A stretch of 64,000 nt of DNA. It comes from Naegleria gruberi (taxonomy: Eukaryota). Shown piece by piece: positions 12,322 through 24,747 of the stretch (position 1 is the first letter of the stretch; every line of letters starts with the position of its first letter). The position numbers and the translations under genes were made by a program. The notes beneath the pieces were generated by a model. That model had not been told where the DNA came from, did not search any database, and was given only the letters and a program-made list of their open reading frames with translations. The DNA is taken from NCBI GenBank assembly GCA_000004985.1, contig GG738886.1; one strand, given 5' to 3'.

Positions 12322-14127
12322 ATGGGATCAACAGCATCCACCCCAACTTCCTTCACTTCATCAAATCATAGAGTATCGACAACATCAACAGGAGAAGGAA
12401 GTACCTTAAGTGATCTATTGTCAGACTATAATATCACCACCAAGACAAGTAGAAGTAGTAACAATAATAATAATAGATCTTCATCACTCATATCGATTGA
12501 TTCTGAATCATCACTACTGGGTAATCAATCATCATTGTCAGGTAGTGAATTTCAGGATGGAAAACAGAGCTCTTCCTACTCTTCACTTCACTCCTTTCCT
12601 CCAACAAAGAGAAGAAGTGCAGCAGCCAATCCCTTATTGTTGAATAATAGCACTGGCAATGCCAAATCGTATCCCTTATTACCTGCAGTTGGTACGAGAG
12701 TGTCGACAGCTTCTTCATCGAAACGATCGGCTGCTCTTCATCAATCAGCTAATCAATTGAATTCTAATAAGCCAAGTGATGAATGCTATGGTGCTTCTTC
12801 GATACATTTGCCAACTCTAAATAGCAATTCATCATCAGCGATGAATATGATGAATATTAACAACACAGCAGCCTCAATAGGTACTTCTTCTACAAATAAT
12901 AACAACAATATTAACAGTATGATTAATAATACTGTTTCCACTGATGAAATGTATCACAACCTCCTCACCAAGTCCTCCTCTAAGAATTCCCTCCACAACA
13001 TGATGATGATGAATGCAATGAGCAATGTATCAGCTTCATCAACTTCATCATCACCTACCTCCTCCTCAATAACAATCTATTCAACGCCCAATCAACACTC
13101 CTCTCCTAAGTGGTCCAATACTTCAAAACCTCATCATCATCAACCACGAAATCATCCATCCAATAATTCCCACTCTTACATATCGACGCCTCCAGAGGAT
13201 TCCTTGCTTAATCATCCAATTACGCCAAAAGTTAAATCGCCACAATTCAATTTACAGAACAATTTCTCCAATAGTCCAATAATATCAAATCATTCAACAT
13301 CGTCGAGTAATAATGATCAGAATGATGAAACAGGTTCTATTAAATCGAATTCAACAGCTTCGACACCCTCCTCAGTGTCAAATTCTCCAAGAAGAGGTGT
13401 TTCATTGCTGCAAGTGGCTGAACAAATTCATCCCTTACAAGACTTAATTTCAGTTCCACGATTAACTCAATCAAGATCATTGGGAATACTTGAAGAATAT
13501 TTACCAGTAACATCAAGTACTAGTTCAGGTCAGTTACAATCATTGAATCCTCCTAATAGTTGTAATGGAAGCACATCTGCTCGAAGGAGTAAGAAAACTT
13601 CTACTCCCACACTTAAGGATATTCAAGATATGTGCTACAACTCTGAGAACCTTTCACAACAAATCGATATGGAAGAGGAAAAGAAGAGAAAGCTTGCAGC
13701 TCACAAGAAACGAACTGAATTGGCAGAACCGTATCGAGTTGGCACCACAGCCAACAAAACAAGAGAACCTCGTTATGGAGATACTCTTTCCTCTCAGCAA
13801 GCTAATAGAAGAAACCAATCTCGTTCGTCTTTAAGAAAAGGTCCAGACTCTGATCAATTGAAGTGTGAATTGACCAATTCACCAACAGGACTTGATGCAA
13901 TCCTCTTGAATTCCTCCAGAACTCTCACCAACTTTGGTAATGAAGCTGTTGCCATTTATGTGACATGCCCAACATGTGCACCTGAAATTAAAACACCAGC
14001 CAAGAGTATTGCTAAGGAAAAGAAGAGAAGAGTCTTAATGTTGCACCAGAAACATTCGGAGAGAAAGAACAATCAACATCAGCAGACGAGGAGATCTCAT
14101 TCGGTGATTGGAATTGTTCATCATTGA
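12322..14127 (+). CDS. Ser/Asn-rich low-complexity protein beginning MGSTAST (MGxxxS motif)
   Basis: ORF 12268..14127. The in-frame ATG at 12322 follows AAAAGA. It contains poly-N, poly-S and poly-M tracts. The C-terminal basic region reads KEKKRRVLMLHQKH. Confidence 0.45.
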   Translation: MGSTASTPTSFTSSNHRVSTTSTGEGSTLSDLLSDYNITTKTSRSSNNNNNRSSSLISIDSESSLLGNQSSLSGSEFQDGKQSSSYSSLHSFPPTKRRSAAANPLLLNNSTGNAKSYPLLPAVGTRVSTASSSKRSAALHQSANQLNSNKPSDECYGASSIHLPTLNSNSSSAMNMMNINNTAASIGTSSTNNNNNINSMINNTVSTDEMYHNLLTKSSSKNSLHNMMMMNAMSNVSASSTSSSPTSSSITIYSTPNQHSSPKWSNTSKPHHHQPRNHPSNNSHSYISTPPEDSLLNHPITPKVKSPQFNLQNNFSNSPIISNHSTSSSNNDQNDETGSIKSNSTASTPSSVSNSPRRGVSLLQVAEQIHPLQDLISVPRLTQSRSLGILEEYLPVTSSTSSGQLQSLNPPNSCNGSTSARRSKKTSTPTLKDIQDMCYNSENLSQQIDMEEEKKRKLAAHKKRTELAEPYRVGTTANKTREPRYGDTLSSQQANRRNQSRSSLRKGPDSDQLKCELTNSPTGLDAILLNSSRTLTNFGNEAVAIYVTCPTCAPEIKTPAKSIAKEKKRRVLMLHQKHSERKNNQHQQTRRSHSVIGIVHH

Positions 14128-14275
14128 TTTGCTTATTGGAAGAAGAATTTAGAGATTTATTTGCGAGAGAATTTGATTTTTAATTTATTATTAAACTTTG
14201 TAATTTTAAATTGAAAGTATTTAAATGTAATATTTAATATATTTAAAAAAATTGTATTTAAAAATTTAAAAAAAA

Positions 14276-17200
14276 ATGTTCACCATATTCGAAGATGACG
14301 GTGCAGATGATAATATTGAAGTTGATGATCATCCGATACAATCACTCCAATATCGGGATACTAAAATTAAAGCAACATCATCATCGTTACAAATTCATCA
14401 AGACAATGATGATGAATTGGAATTGATGGAAGAAGGAGCAGGATCAATGGTAGGTGGTTTAAAACTATACAACAACCTCTATAATTTATAATTAATATTA
14501 TTATCTAGTCAATTCCTTCGGATCAATTTTCATCATCATCAGCTTTTGGAAGAACACATCAACAACAACGAAGATTTAAAATTCATTCTGATGCTGATAG
14601 AACAGAAAATTTACCACCTTCATTGGTACAATCAGCATTGAATCAATCTGCTAATAGGAGAGTATTTGGAGCTGTTTTATCGGATAGTGGTAGCTTGGAA
14701 CATTCAACAGTAGGATCATCATCTAATACTAGGCAATCTGTTGAAACTGCTAATAATAATACAACAGAAGATGAGGAGGAAAAGCCATTTGATAAATATT
14801 GGAATGTTCAGTTACCTTCTTCAAGGATTAGACCTTCGGTTTCTTCACAATTAAATACAACATTGAATAGGAGTTCGAATAGTGGTGGAGCAGTAGGAAA
14901 TGGAGCAGATTTGCTTATGAAATCACCATTGGCAGCTCGATTATTGAGTCCATCAACAAGGAATGCCATTTCAAACATTTCATCAACAAGTCTTAATGAA
15001 TCTGTCAAGAATGTTCAAGGAACAAATGATGAAAATTTCGAAAATTATGTGCATGAAACTTTCGGAACAAATTCAAATAAGAATAATCAATCGATTGTGA
15101 ATAGAAAACCTGCAATTAGTGTATTCGAGGATGAAAATATTGAAAAATCTACCATTGAGGAACAATATTTATTTGGTGCTGAGGATGAAGAACCATCGAT
15201 GGAAACTAATGTAAATAGAAACTTTGAGAAAAGACCTTCTCAACAATCCAACAATCAATTTTCTTCTCCTTTGAAAAAAAGAAAATTAGCTTCACAACAA
15301 TTAATTTCTAATGCTGGTCATACGGAAGTTGAGGATGAGGAAGAAGATTTGGCCAATTGTTCACTTGTCATTTCACCACCTCCTTTTGATGAAGAGGAAA
15401 CATCCTCTGCTGCCAATAACATGCTCTTTGGAAATGATGAAGAAAATGTGAGTGGACCAATCTTGGAAGCAGGTCTCTACACTGGACGATCCAGGGATAG
15501 AAAGAGTAGAATTAAAAGTAGTTACTATGAGCCAGGATCACCACTCAATACTGGCCTTGAGAATAATCCTTCAATGATCATTTCGAGTTCACCACTCTTG
15601 AAATATACAGTACCATCGACGGAGAGTGCCAGCAACAACAACATGCTGAATGATAGTATTACCAATAGAAGCTCTATTCTCAATGAGAGCCTCAGAGAGA
15701 GGGACGACATTATCGATCAATTGAATAATGAAGCTGAGGGAGAGAGAAGAAAACTCAAAGAATACAAGCTTCTCATCGAAAAACTTCAATCAGAGAATGC
15801 TCACCTCAAGCAACAAAACTCTTCAATCAAAAAGAAGAATGAGGAAATACTGATAGAAACAGAAAAGGAAAATAACACTAGGGAACTTGAAATTCAATCT
15901 TTGAAAGAGAAAATTGCCGAACAACAAACCACTATTAACTTACAAAATCTTTCCAAGACTCAAAAAGAATCTAAATTTACAGAAATCGAAAGTAAAATTT
16001 CTGGAATCAACAAGACTGTAGAGACTTTGAAAAGTGATATTGTACAAAAGGACATTACCATAGAAACTCTCAATAGTCAAATTGAATCAATGAACAAACA
16101 ATTGGAGGAAGCATCAACTACCAATTCTGAACTAATGACCGTCTATCACTCTCAAAAACATGAATTTAATTTATTAAGCCATGAATATGAAATACTGACA
16201 TTCAAAACTTCACAATATGATTCAAAGATTCAAGAACTTGACCAATTACAAGATGAAATCAAGACACTCAAAGCAGAGCTAAATGAAAGAAATGAGGACA
16301 AGAAAAAGATACGAATCTTGGAAGCGGAATTGCAAAAGGCCAGTGAATCTCTCCAATCACAAGAAGTTCTCAAGGAAGCCATCAAGGACTTTGAATCTGA
16401 GTTGACCAAGTTGGAAGTTCTTCGAATTGAAAATAGTTCACTCGAGTCCAAGTTGTACAATACTGAATCACTTTTAAAGAGCTGGGAAAGTGCCTTCCCT
16501 AATAATACTCCATCGGATGTAAACTACAATATCAAGTTACAAGCCAAGAAAATAACTCGCCTCGAAGAAACCATTCAAGAAGTGAATCAAGAAAAGTTTG
16601 ACATTGCCAAGCATGTGGAACGTTTAACTGTGGAGTTGGAATCAAGGGAGACAGAATGTGCCGAACTTCGAAATGAAAACAAGCAACTCGAAGAGAAACT
16701 GGCCAGCACTGAAGTAAAGCTCTTCGCTGCCAAGAACCAATTGGAGAGCTCTATGAAATTTGCTCACATCAACGACAAGGAAGAGGCTATGAATGCTGCT
16801 GCCGATGAGGAAACTAAGGAAAAGATAGGCCATCACATGAGTAGAATAGCTGCCCTTGAAAAGATCATTGAGGAGAAGGATGTAAATACTCGTGAACTAT
16901 TTGAAAGATTGGATATTTTGCAAAAACAAATAATTGACAAACAGACTCTTATCGAAAACTTTGAACATGAAGTGGAGAAGGTTAATGCTCAAAAGTTGGA
17001 AGTTCAAACCAAATCAGATGAATTACAGGTACGAGTTGAAAAATTGGAAAAGAACAGAGACGCTCTCGAATTGGAAATTGCAAACTATGAAAAGAGACTA
17101 GGAAAGGGAGAATACAATAAGGAGAAATTCAAAATTCTTCACATGAAAATCAACCCAGAAATTGAGGCCAAAAAATCCAGTGACAATGACATTGAACGAT

Positions 17201-17661
17201 TAAAGACAGAAAATAAGCTCCTCACCGAAGAAATTACCTCCCTCAAAGAGCAATTACAAATCTCCTCCAACGATAATGCCTCCAGCTCAATTAACAATCA
17301 ACGAGAAATTGAAAAGCTCAAAGAAGAAAATGCAGATGCCCAACGCAGAATTACCAAGCTCAAAGAAGTTTTCCAAAAGAGAATTAACGAATTTAGAAAA
17401 TCAATCTATCTCTTATTTGGTTTCAGAGTTGATGTCATTGAAAATAATCGATTCAGATTGAGCAGCATGTATGCAGAATCTCCAGAAGATTATCTCATCT
17501 TTGAAAGTGATGGAAATGCCATGAAACTCTTAAACTCTGAATTTGCTTGTTCACTAGAGGAAAAATCCATGAGATTTTTAAAGAATTTCAGATCCATTCC
17601 AGGATTTTTATGTTCCATTACTTTGGATTTATTCAACAAGCAAACTGTTTTCACCCAATAA
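14276..17661 (+). CDS. MAD1: Spindle-assembly checkpoint protein MAD1. Two exons: 14276..14449 and 14509..17661
   Basis: The C-terminus reads KILHMKINP...KLKEVFQKRINEFRKSIYLLFGFRVDVIENNRFRLSSMYAESPEDYLIFE...SIPGFLCSITLDLFNKQTVF. This matches the conserved MAD1 C-terminal domain (KVLHMSLNP...[49 protein letters not shown]...SIPAFLSSLTLELFSRQTV). It is preceded by a long coiled-coil. Exon 1 starts AAAAAAAATG and has a GTAGGT donor at 14450. A TAG acceptor ends at 14508, giving a phase-0 join. The track 'M' at 14623 is actually a TTG codon. Confidence 0.85.
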
Positions 17662-17812
17662 TAATTTTGATTCATCATTATTATTAATATAGTTAAAACT
17701 TTCATCAGTAAACAATCCAAAGTTGGAAAAACTATAAAAACATGAATATTACACAACCTTACTTTATCACCACGACATTACAATACGCACGAACAAGCCA
17801 CACAAATGATCA

Positions 17813-19302
17813 TTGTTCTCGAACAAGAGAAAACAAAACAATTGGAAGAGAAACATTGATGCAGATTCAGAGTTTGATTCATGCGGAAAAAAGAGAAAAC
17901 AAGATGAAGAATTGTTACCTGATGAAATTATAATTGAAATTGTATCATATCTTTCTAATTTTGAAGGATTCCGATTCATGTTTGTCAGTAAACAATTTAT
18001 GAAAGCTTGCCGATTAATTAGAAAATGTTTGATCACTTCTTTGGATTGCACTGCCGAATTATTAAGCCTATTTTGTGAATCACCATTCGCTGAGCAAATT
18101 CACTCCTTGGTGATTGATGTTCCAATCACTTGGGAATTCTTCAATCAAATCAAACTTAATTTTACAAATTTGAAAGAGTTGAATCTGTACGAAGTAGCAT
18201 TTCTCGATTTTTCAAATTATTTTGAAAGCAACCATTTAGAATCTTTAATAGTTCGAAACTGTAATAACATTAATCTCAATTCATTGCATTTATTCAATTT
18301 ACAACATATAGAATGTCCCCTAAAGTCATCCATGGGGTCGGTAATATCATTCATTCGAATACTTTCAGCTTAAAAAGCATTACACTGCATGGGAATGGAA
18401 ATGTGATTAAGGAGGCTCACTTGTTTAAAAATCTTCCAGCATTGGAATATCTTAAACTTGTCAGATTTAACATTCCAGTTTCACAATTTAAGGAAATATT
18501 GAATTGTAAAGGTTTAAAATCACTACATTTACAATTCATTACTAACACGAGTGCCATTCTTTTGGACCAAAAACATTCACAGTTGTTCAATTTGCCAACA
18601 TTAGAAAAATTAGAAAGTTATCGAGTAGATCTTGACCTTATGCAGATTCTTATCCAATCAATGATTGCTCCTCTATTGAAATATTTATCAATTGGGGTAA
18701 ATGGTGTCTTTAATTTTACACTTTCAAAAGCCTTTAGAGAAAATACATCTCTATCAAATATTGAAAACTTGTCTATTGAGAATCAGATAGAAAATATGGA
18801 AATAATTGAAAAAATTTGTGAAAAAATATCAAAGTTACCCTTAAACAAATTTGCCTTTTCTGGAAATTCACTATGTTTCTCAAAAATTTCAACATTTAAT
18901 TTATCAAATTTAGTTCAGTTTCGTTACAATGCATCCGAAAATGTAAAATATTTGAAAATATTCAATTCCCCTCACTTTGAAAAGTTGGAAATTTTACAAA
19001 TTAATTTTAACAATTATTCTGTAACAGATGAAGAATTAGAAGACTTTGCCAAATGCACTTCAATGCCAAATCTCACCAGACTTGAGTTTAAATATCATAA
19101 ACGACACCTATCAAAATTTACAGAGATTCTGTCAAATAATCCATGTTTCTGCAAAATTGAAATCAATTACATTTCCATTCTCAGATGTGGATGCCAAACT
19201 TCTCGTCCAAACATCCAATTATTTGAAAAAGTGTCAAGAGTTATTGTTAGAGAGCAATTTAATTTCTGCTTTTGGCAGAAAGATGTTGTACGATTCAAAT
19301 AG
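17813..19302 (+). pseudogene. F-box/LRR protein locus that is disrupted or unresolved. An F-box frame (17813..18373, no in-frame ATG before the F-box) and an LRR frame (18313..19302) overlap with a +1 shift
   Basis: The F-box motif LLPDEIIIEIVSYLS is followed by LRR-type repeats. The two frames overlap across 18313..18373, where no intron can fit. One extra C in the CCCC run near 18316 would fuse them (HIECP-PKVIHGVG). The upstream ATG at 17859 is in yet another frame, and an A6 run lies at 17884..17889. The locus is either a pseudogene or a homopolymer assembly error. Confidence 0.4.
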
Positions 19303-19455
19303 ATTTCCTGTTATTGGGTATTTTAATTTGTAATCTATAAACAATTTATTCTCTCTGTTAAATTAAATTCAAATTTATTGTGTTAGTTGAATTGTAAGGA
19401 GAAGCTGTGCTTGTGAATTCTCACAAGTTGGATAATCTAATTGCTACTGATGCTG

Positions 19456-21261
19456 TCAATAAGAAGTATAGACAGAAATGTGTTCAGTTATGAAACATCC
19501 CTTCACAAACATTGCTGTTGACAATGGAATGTACAATCCGTCAAATTCCTTCTCCAATCTCTTTTTAATCCATGAATCGACTTGATTTCTAGAAACTGAA
19601 ATAGATGGTCGAATGGTGAAAGGTAATTTCCCCTTACATGAAGAAACTGTGCATGTATGTTTCTCCACAAGATATCCAATTGACAAAGCTGCCAATTCAA
19701 TTTCTTCTTCAGATTCCGAGTTTGAATATTGTGAAATTAGTGATTCCACATTATTATTTTGTTCAATGAGATTCCTTAATATTTCAGGAGAAACACCTTT
19801 GAATTTGTTTACCAAGTTTGGGTTTCGTTCAGCCAACTTGAGCATAAATTCTTCATCATTCAAGAATGGAGATAAATTAATGTTTGGTTCCTTCTCACAG
19901 GAAACATACTTTAAAATTAATTCCTTATCAGTTCCCAATCTTCGGCTCAAATACTTGAACATTTCAGGATACTGATCTAAATATTTCATGACAAATTCCT
20001 TGTCATCTTTCAATCTGTCAGAAGCATAACAAAACAGCTCTGGAACCTTAGATAATACAAATGACATAACCTCTTCATCATCTAAAAATTGCAATCTTGT
20101 TGAACTAATACATTCAGGATGATATTTCAAACATTTCAAAACAAATTCCTTATTTTCCCTAAGATATTTAGGTGCCAAATAGATTGCACTCTTAAATCTC
20201 GACAATAAATCCCAATCTTCTTCCCTACTATTTTCTAATGGATCCAATTCAATATACTCCAAATTTCCCTCCATATATTTGATCCATTTCACTTCCTTGT
20301 CAGTGAACATTAAATATTCAGGAATGAATTGAATTAGTCTTGCATCTTTCTTGATTAATTCACGTAAGAATTCCTCATCTGATTTAAGATGTTTTGGAAG
20401 GTATTTAAATAGCTCTGGATATCCATTCAAAATCAAATTGACTCTATCTTCTGCGGAATAGTCAATTAGCTCATTGTTTCCTAAAATTCTCTCAATCATT
20501 GAAACAGTTGCATATTGAAGGAGATTCTTATCTTGTGAAATGGCTTTCAACACAATTTCTTCATCATTTCTAAACTCAATATTTGCAAATTTCAAGGCAT
20601 TTGGATTACATTCAATTGCCAATAATGTCAATTCCCTGTCACCATTCATACACAAACTAATATTCTTGCTTAATATTTCAATAACTAGCTCTCTATCGAC
20701 TTCTTTCCAATTGACAAATTTGAGAATTTCTGGATTCAATTTTACGAAATAATTCACCAAATTTTCAGGAAAAATGTCTGAATTTTCTTTTAATTTCAGA
20801 TCTGCATTTCCATATTTGAAATTAAACGAAACTGGTTCATCTTTTGGGAATAATTTTGGGAAAATTTGATGATTTGCCTTGATTGCCTTCACAATAAAGT
20901 TTGGATCTTGTCTCATCTTGTCAGGAATGTCAATTTTAATGCCAAATAAATGTTCCCTCGCTATTAGAAAGTACAAAATAAAGTCTTGATCATTTAAAAT
21001 TGATAAATTTCGCAATAGATGGGGATATTTAACAAGAATGTGGCAGTCTCGATAATATTCTAATGGAATGTATCGTGGTTGATTCTTTAATATTTCGTCT
21101 CGTTTCGAACAATATTTTAGAAAGGATTTTCTTTGATTTTTGAATTTTGAGAAAAGAAGATTTGATTTGATATTAAAATCCAAATTGATCATCACACCAG
21201 ATTCATCGTGTGTGAGATTATCAATATTATTTTCTTGCATTTTTTTACAATTTAAAAGCAA
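19456..21261 (-). CDS. Tandem-repeat protein of about 600 aa with at least 8 copies of a ~25-30 aa repeat of the form [DN]-[DE]-E-F-[VML]-LK-x-[LV]-x-x-x-P-x-L-F-x-Y. It resembles DUF4116-type repeats
   Basis: Single ORF ending at a TAA. The repeats are visible by eye: SDEEFLRELIKKDARLIQFIPEYL, NDEEIVLKAISQDKNLLQYA, DDEEVMSFVLSKVPELFCYAS, DDKEFVMKYLDQYPEMFKYLS, TDKELILKYVSCEKEPNINLS, NDEEFMLKLAERNPNLVNKF, ENKEFVLKCLKYHPECISST. Confidence 0.5.
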   Translation of the reverse strand: MLLNCKKMQENNIDNLTHDESGVMINLDFNIKSNLLFSKFKNQRKSFLKYCSKRDEILKNQPRYIPLEYYRDCHILVKYPHLLRNLSILNDQDFILYFLIAREHLFGIKIDIPDKMRQDPNFIVKAIKANHQIFPKLFPKDEPVSFNFKYGNADLKLKENSDIFPENLVNYFVKLNPEILKFVNWKEVDRELVIEILSKNISLCMNGDRELTLLAIECNPNALKFANIEFRNDEEIVLKAISQDKNLLQYATVSMIERILGNNELIDYSAEDRVNLILNGYPELFKYLPKHLKSDEEFLRELIKKDARLIQFIPEYLMFTDKEVKWIKYMEGNLEYIELDPLENSREEDWDLLSRFKSAIYLAPKYLRENKEFVLKCLKYHPECISSTRLQFLDDEEVMSFVLSKVPELFCYASDRLKDDKEFVMKYLDQYPEMFKYLSRRLGTDKELILKYVSCEKEPNINLSPFLNDEEFMLKLAERNPNLVNKFKGVSPEILRNLIEQNNNVESLISQYSNSESEEEIELAALSIGYLVEKHTCTVSSCKGKLPFTIRPSISVSRNQVDSWIKKRLEKEFDGLYIPLSTAMFVKGCFITEHISVYTSY

Positions 21262-21511
21262 ATTTCAAAAATATTAACTGTTATTCGTTAATTTTAGAAA
21301 GTTTATTTTGAAATTTACTAAAACGAATTCACCATAGAACAAGATTTAGAAACATCTCTATTCCATCTATTTTCCATTTTCAAAATTTTCATTATTCGAA
21401 TTGTTTCTGATATTATTTGTGGAATTTTGAAAAGTTGACAAGTTTAAAAAATGTCTGAAAAACAAGTTAGAGTGCAACTGGTCGATTTTAACATTCCGAA
21501 AGGATCATCAT

Positions 21512-22360
21512 GTGAATCCTTTCGAATATTTGAAAAGAAAGTTAAGAATTCATCTAATTAACTCATTTTCTTGCTCTTTCGATCCAGTTGCTTCTCTAGA
21601 ACGGAAAAAGGGAATGTCCTGTATACAAATCGATAGGAATTATAATCTTTTAATGATATCAAACCAACAAACTTTATTATTTTACGAGTTGGAAACTAGA
21701 CGAAAGTTATTCGATTGTCAATTTAAAAAAATTATTTATTATTTCAAAATACTTGATGGAGATTTATTTATATGTAGTTGTGAAAGAAATGCTACATCAT
21801 TCCGAATTGAAAGATATAATTTTAAACTAATTTTGAAAACTAGAAAATATTGGAAATGTTTCGTTTGGGAAAGTCGACATTTTGGACAATTTTCTGGATT
21901 CGATCTTGGACCAGATCACTTAATTTATTTGTGTGATCTCAAAACGAACAAAATAGCCACTTTAAAATACGAAACTGGCCAAGAAATAGTTTCGTTATCA
22001 GGCACAGTTTCATATTGTTCGAATCTCACTTTTTCTCCCAATGGAGATTTGTATGTTTCTGGTTTTCTAGTATTGCACCATTTAATTAGAAATCACAACA
22101 ATTTATGGCTAAGCAAGAATCAAATTGCAATTTCAATGTTAGGGAACTTTCGAATATCTTATCCTGAAGTTATTTTCTTTGAAAAATCAAGTGAGAGAAT
22201 TTACCTATCCGATAGAGAAAGAATAGTTCTAATTTTTGATAAGAATATGAAAAAAATCAATTCGAAACTTGTTGGTAGTGACATTATTGGATTAACAATT
22301 GATGAAAGAACTGGATATTGTTATGTTGCTACTGGGAAACGATTGTTTATTTACAAATGA
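21512..22360 (+). CDS. Hypothetical protein, possibly a beta-propeller/NHL-like repeat protein; start uncertain
   Basis: ORF of 282 aa. The track start is not an ATG; in-frame Met codons occur further in (MSCIQIDRNYN). A short upstream ATG ORF (21452, MSEKQVRV...) may be a 5' exon. Confidence 0.35.
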   Translation: MNPFEYLKRKLRIHLINSFSCSFDPVASLERKKGMSCIQIDRNYNLLMISNQQTLLFYELETRRKLFDCQFKKIIYYFKILDGDLFICSCERNATSFRIERYNFKLILKTRKYWKCFVWESRHFGQFSGFDLGPDHLIYLCDLKTNKIATLKYETGQEIVSLSGTVSYCSNLTFSPNGDLYVSGFLVLHHLIRNHNNLWLSKNQIAISMLGNFRISYPEVIFFEKSSERIYLSDRERIVLIFDKNMKKINSKLVGSDIIGLTIDERTGYCYVATGKRLFIYK

Positions 22361-22601
22361 GATAAATTTCATTCAATTATTGATTTTTAATTTTGAATGT
22401 TGAAATAATCTTGTTTGGATTAATGTCACATGTCAATTTGTAATAAACCATTTGATTTTTTGATTGAAATGTCATGGTATACTGGCTGTGAAAGGATGAC
22501 GTTGAAATCCAGCTCATCAATAAATTACATTCAATAAATTTTTATTCGAAACTAAATTCTAATCTACATATATAGTCAACAAACACAATGAAATCATTAT
22601 T

Positions 22602-23484
22602 TTACAACAATTCACACTTTCCAGAAGCTGGTTTCTTCTCAGGTTCAGTTTGTTTAAACAAGAATGCTCGAATAGCCTCATCAAAAACTCCCTTCACACC
22701 TTGTTGAGTTTTTGCGGAACATTCGGCATATTTCAAAGCCTTGATTTCCTGTTTCAATTTCTCGCCTTGTTCAGCGCTCAATGGTTGTTTGCCCTTTTCA
22801 CGCAACTTTTGAACGGTCGATTCATTTTCACGCAAATCGACTTGAGTACCCACCAAAATGATTGGAACATTCTTGCAGTGGTGCGAGACTTCTGGGTACC
22901 ACTTCAAACGGACATTGTCGTAACTGGCTGGATTAACAACGGAGAAGCAAATTAAAAAGACGGAGGTACCTGGATAGGAGAGTGGACGCAATCGATCATA
23001 TCTGTGTTGTTGTGCGTTGTGTGTATTGATATTAATATAGGGTGGTGAGTTGGAATATTTTTGTTGGATTTGATGGTGGTATGGTTTTCGATATTATTAT
23101 GTATTTGATTCAATATTTTAAATAAATAATATTTTTTTGTTGTTGATGATGGAAATTTGTTTCATCACGTGAAGAAATATTTGTATTATTATTATAATGT
23201 GAAAGTTAATGTTCGAAACTAGAATAAATTAAATAGAAACTCACTCTTCTTGACCAGCTGTATCCCACAAACCCAAGTTGATAGTCTTACCATCAACCAT
23301 AACGTTAGCAGAGTAGTTATCAAAGACAGTTGGAACGTATCTATTAGAAACTTGTTAATAAACTATAATTTTCTATTCGAAACCTACTCTTCAGGGAAGT
23401 GATTCTTAGCATAGACGTACAAGAGACATGTCTTACCGACAGCACCATCACCAACGATAACGCATTTAATATGTTGAACGGTTG
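22602..23484 (-). CDS. rac: Rho-family small GTPase (Rac-like) with a CaaX box CELL. Three exons: 23484..23378, 23330..23235 and 23001..22602
   Basis: The reconstructed 200-aa protein reads [106 protein letters not shown]...CELL. This is near-identical in motif layout to Rac1 (G1 GDGAVGKT, switch regions, WDTAGQE, TKxD as TQVD). Donors are GTAGGT and GTGAGT. Introns are 47 bp and 233 bp. CDS length is 603 nt, in frame. Confidence 0.85.
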
Positions 23485-24747
23485 TCTTGCTCATTGTATT
23501 GTTGGAGTGTTGACAATTTTTTTTTTAAAGTTTTAAATGTGACAAGTGAATGACAGCTTGACAGAGGGCATGACTAAGGATCCCTTAACGGTGAACTGTG
23601 AAGAATGACTTGATGAACACAGAAATTGAGAATTTAAATGTAAATTGAGGTAACGTATTTTTGTTTGAGGTTTTTAAATTGATGCCTGAAAGGTGGCAGC
23701 AGTTAATTTTCAACAATGGCACAGAAGAGAAGAAAAAGGATATTGGTGCTCTTCTCTTATTCATCATCTAGATTCCCAATTGGTGTTTAGATAACCAATA
23801 GGAAGCTAGAACATGAATTACATTCGTGAAGGGAGAAGGAGGAACTCTGAAAAAGTGTTGGACCTTTCAAATTGATTGTGTTGATTCATCAGGAGCGAAG
23901 ATTGTGTTGGAAAATAAAGAGCAATTCAAGAATAAGATTTGGGTTTTGGTGTTTTGTTGATTATTTCACAAGTTGTTGCAATTTGATCATCGACAGTAAG
24001 TAATGTATAAAATGGATTGAAATAGAACATGATCATTGCTGACTAACTTCCTTTTAATGTTCTTGATATATTTCAATAGTTCAATGTTCTTGATCATGAT
24101 TCGTTACCTCAAATTCAAAATCGCTGTACCCTTTGGCGCCAAAATGAATTGTTAAACCTAAGGTAACTTTTACGAACACTAAAAACAATTCAAAAAAAAT
24201 ATATTAATCATGAAGTTGATGAAGGAAGTAATGTTTCCTTACAACAACACATGGTATAATTATAAGCCTATTTAATCCTTAATCAAATTCTTCCTAAGGT
24301 AATATTCCTTATTCTTACTTGGCAATTAACTAATTGGAAATTGAACGAGGTAAAAACACCGATCTTAACATTTTCATATTTCTCAATAATATTAAGAATT
24401 ATTTAAAATTACATTAAAGATGAATTAAATACAAATAGTACAATACAATCATCAAAAAAGTATAACAATATGGAATATTGCATCTATTGGACCTCAATAT
24501 ACAATAACCAAATATTGAAACGACAAATTAAAACATTGCCCTACTCAACATCCTGATTTGATCTCCCTTATGCAATTTCTTCCTTATTTATTCTTCATGT
24601 TATTATTTTACGGACCTTAAAAAAACACCACAACAACCTAGTACAGACATTGTCAATAGACTTTGTTAATGAGGAGCATACTAACATCAACAATTTAGCG
24701 ATAAATTCCAATGAACAAACATAGTACCAAATATTAATAATGAAATA

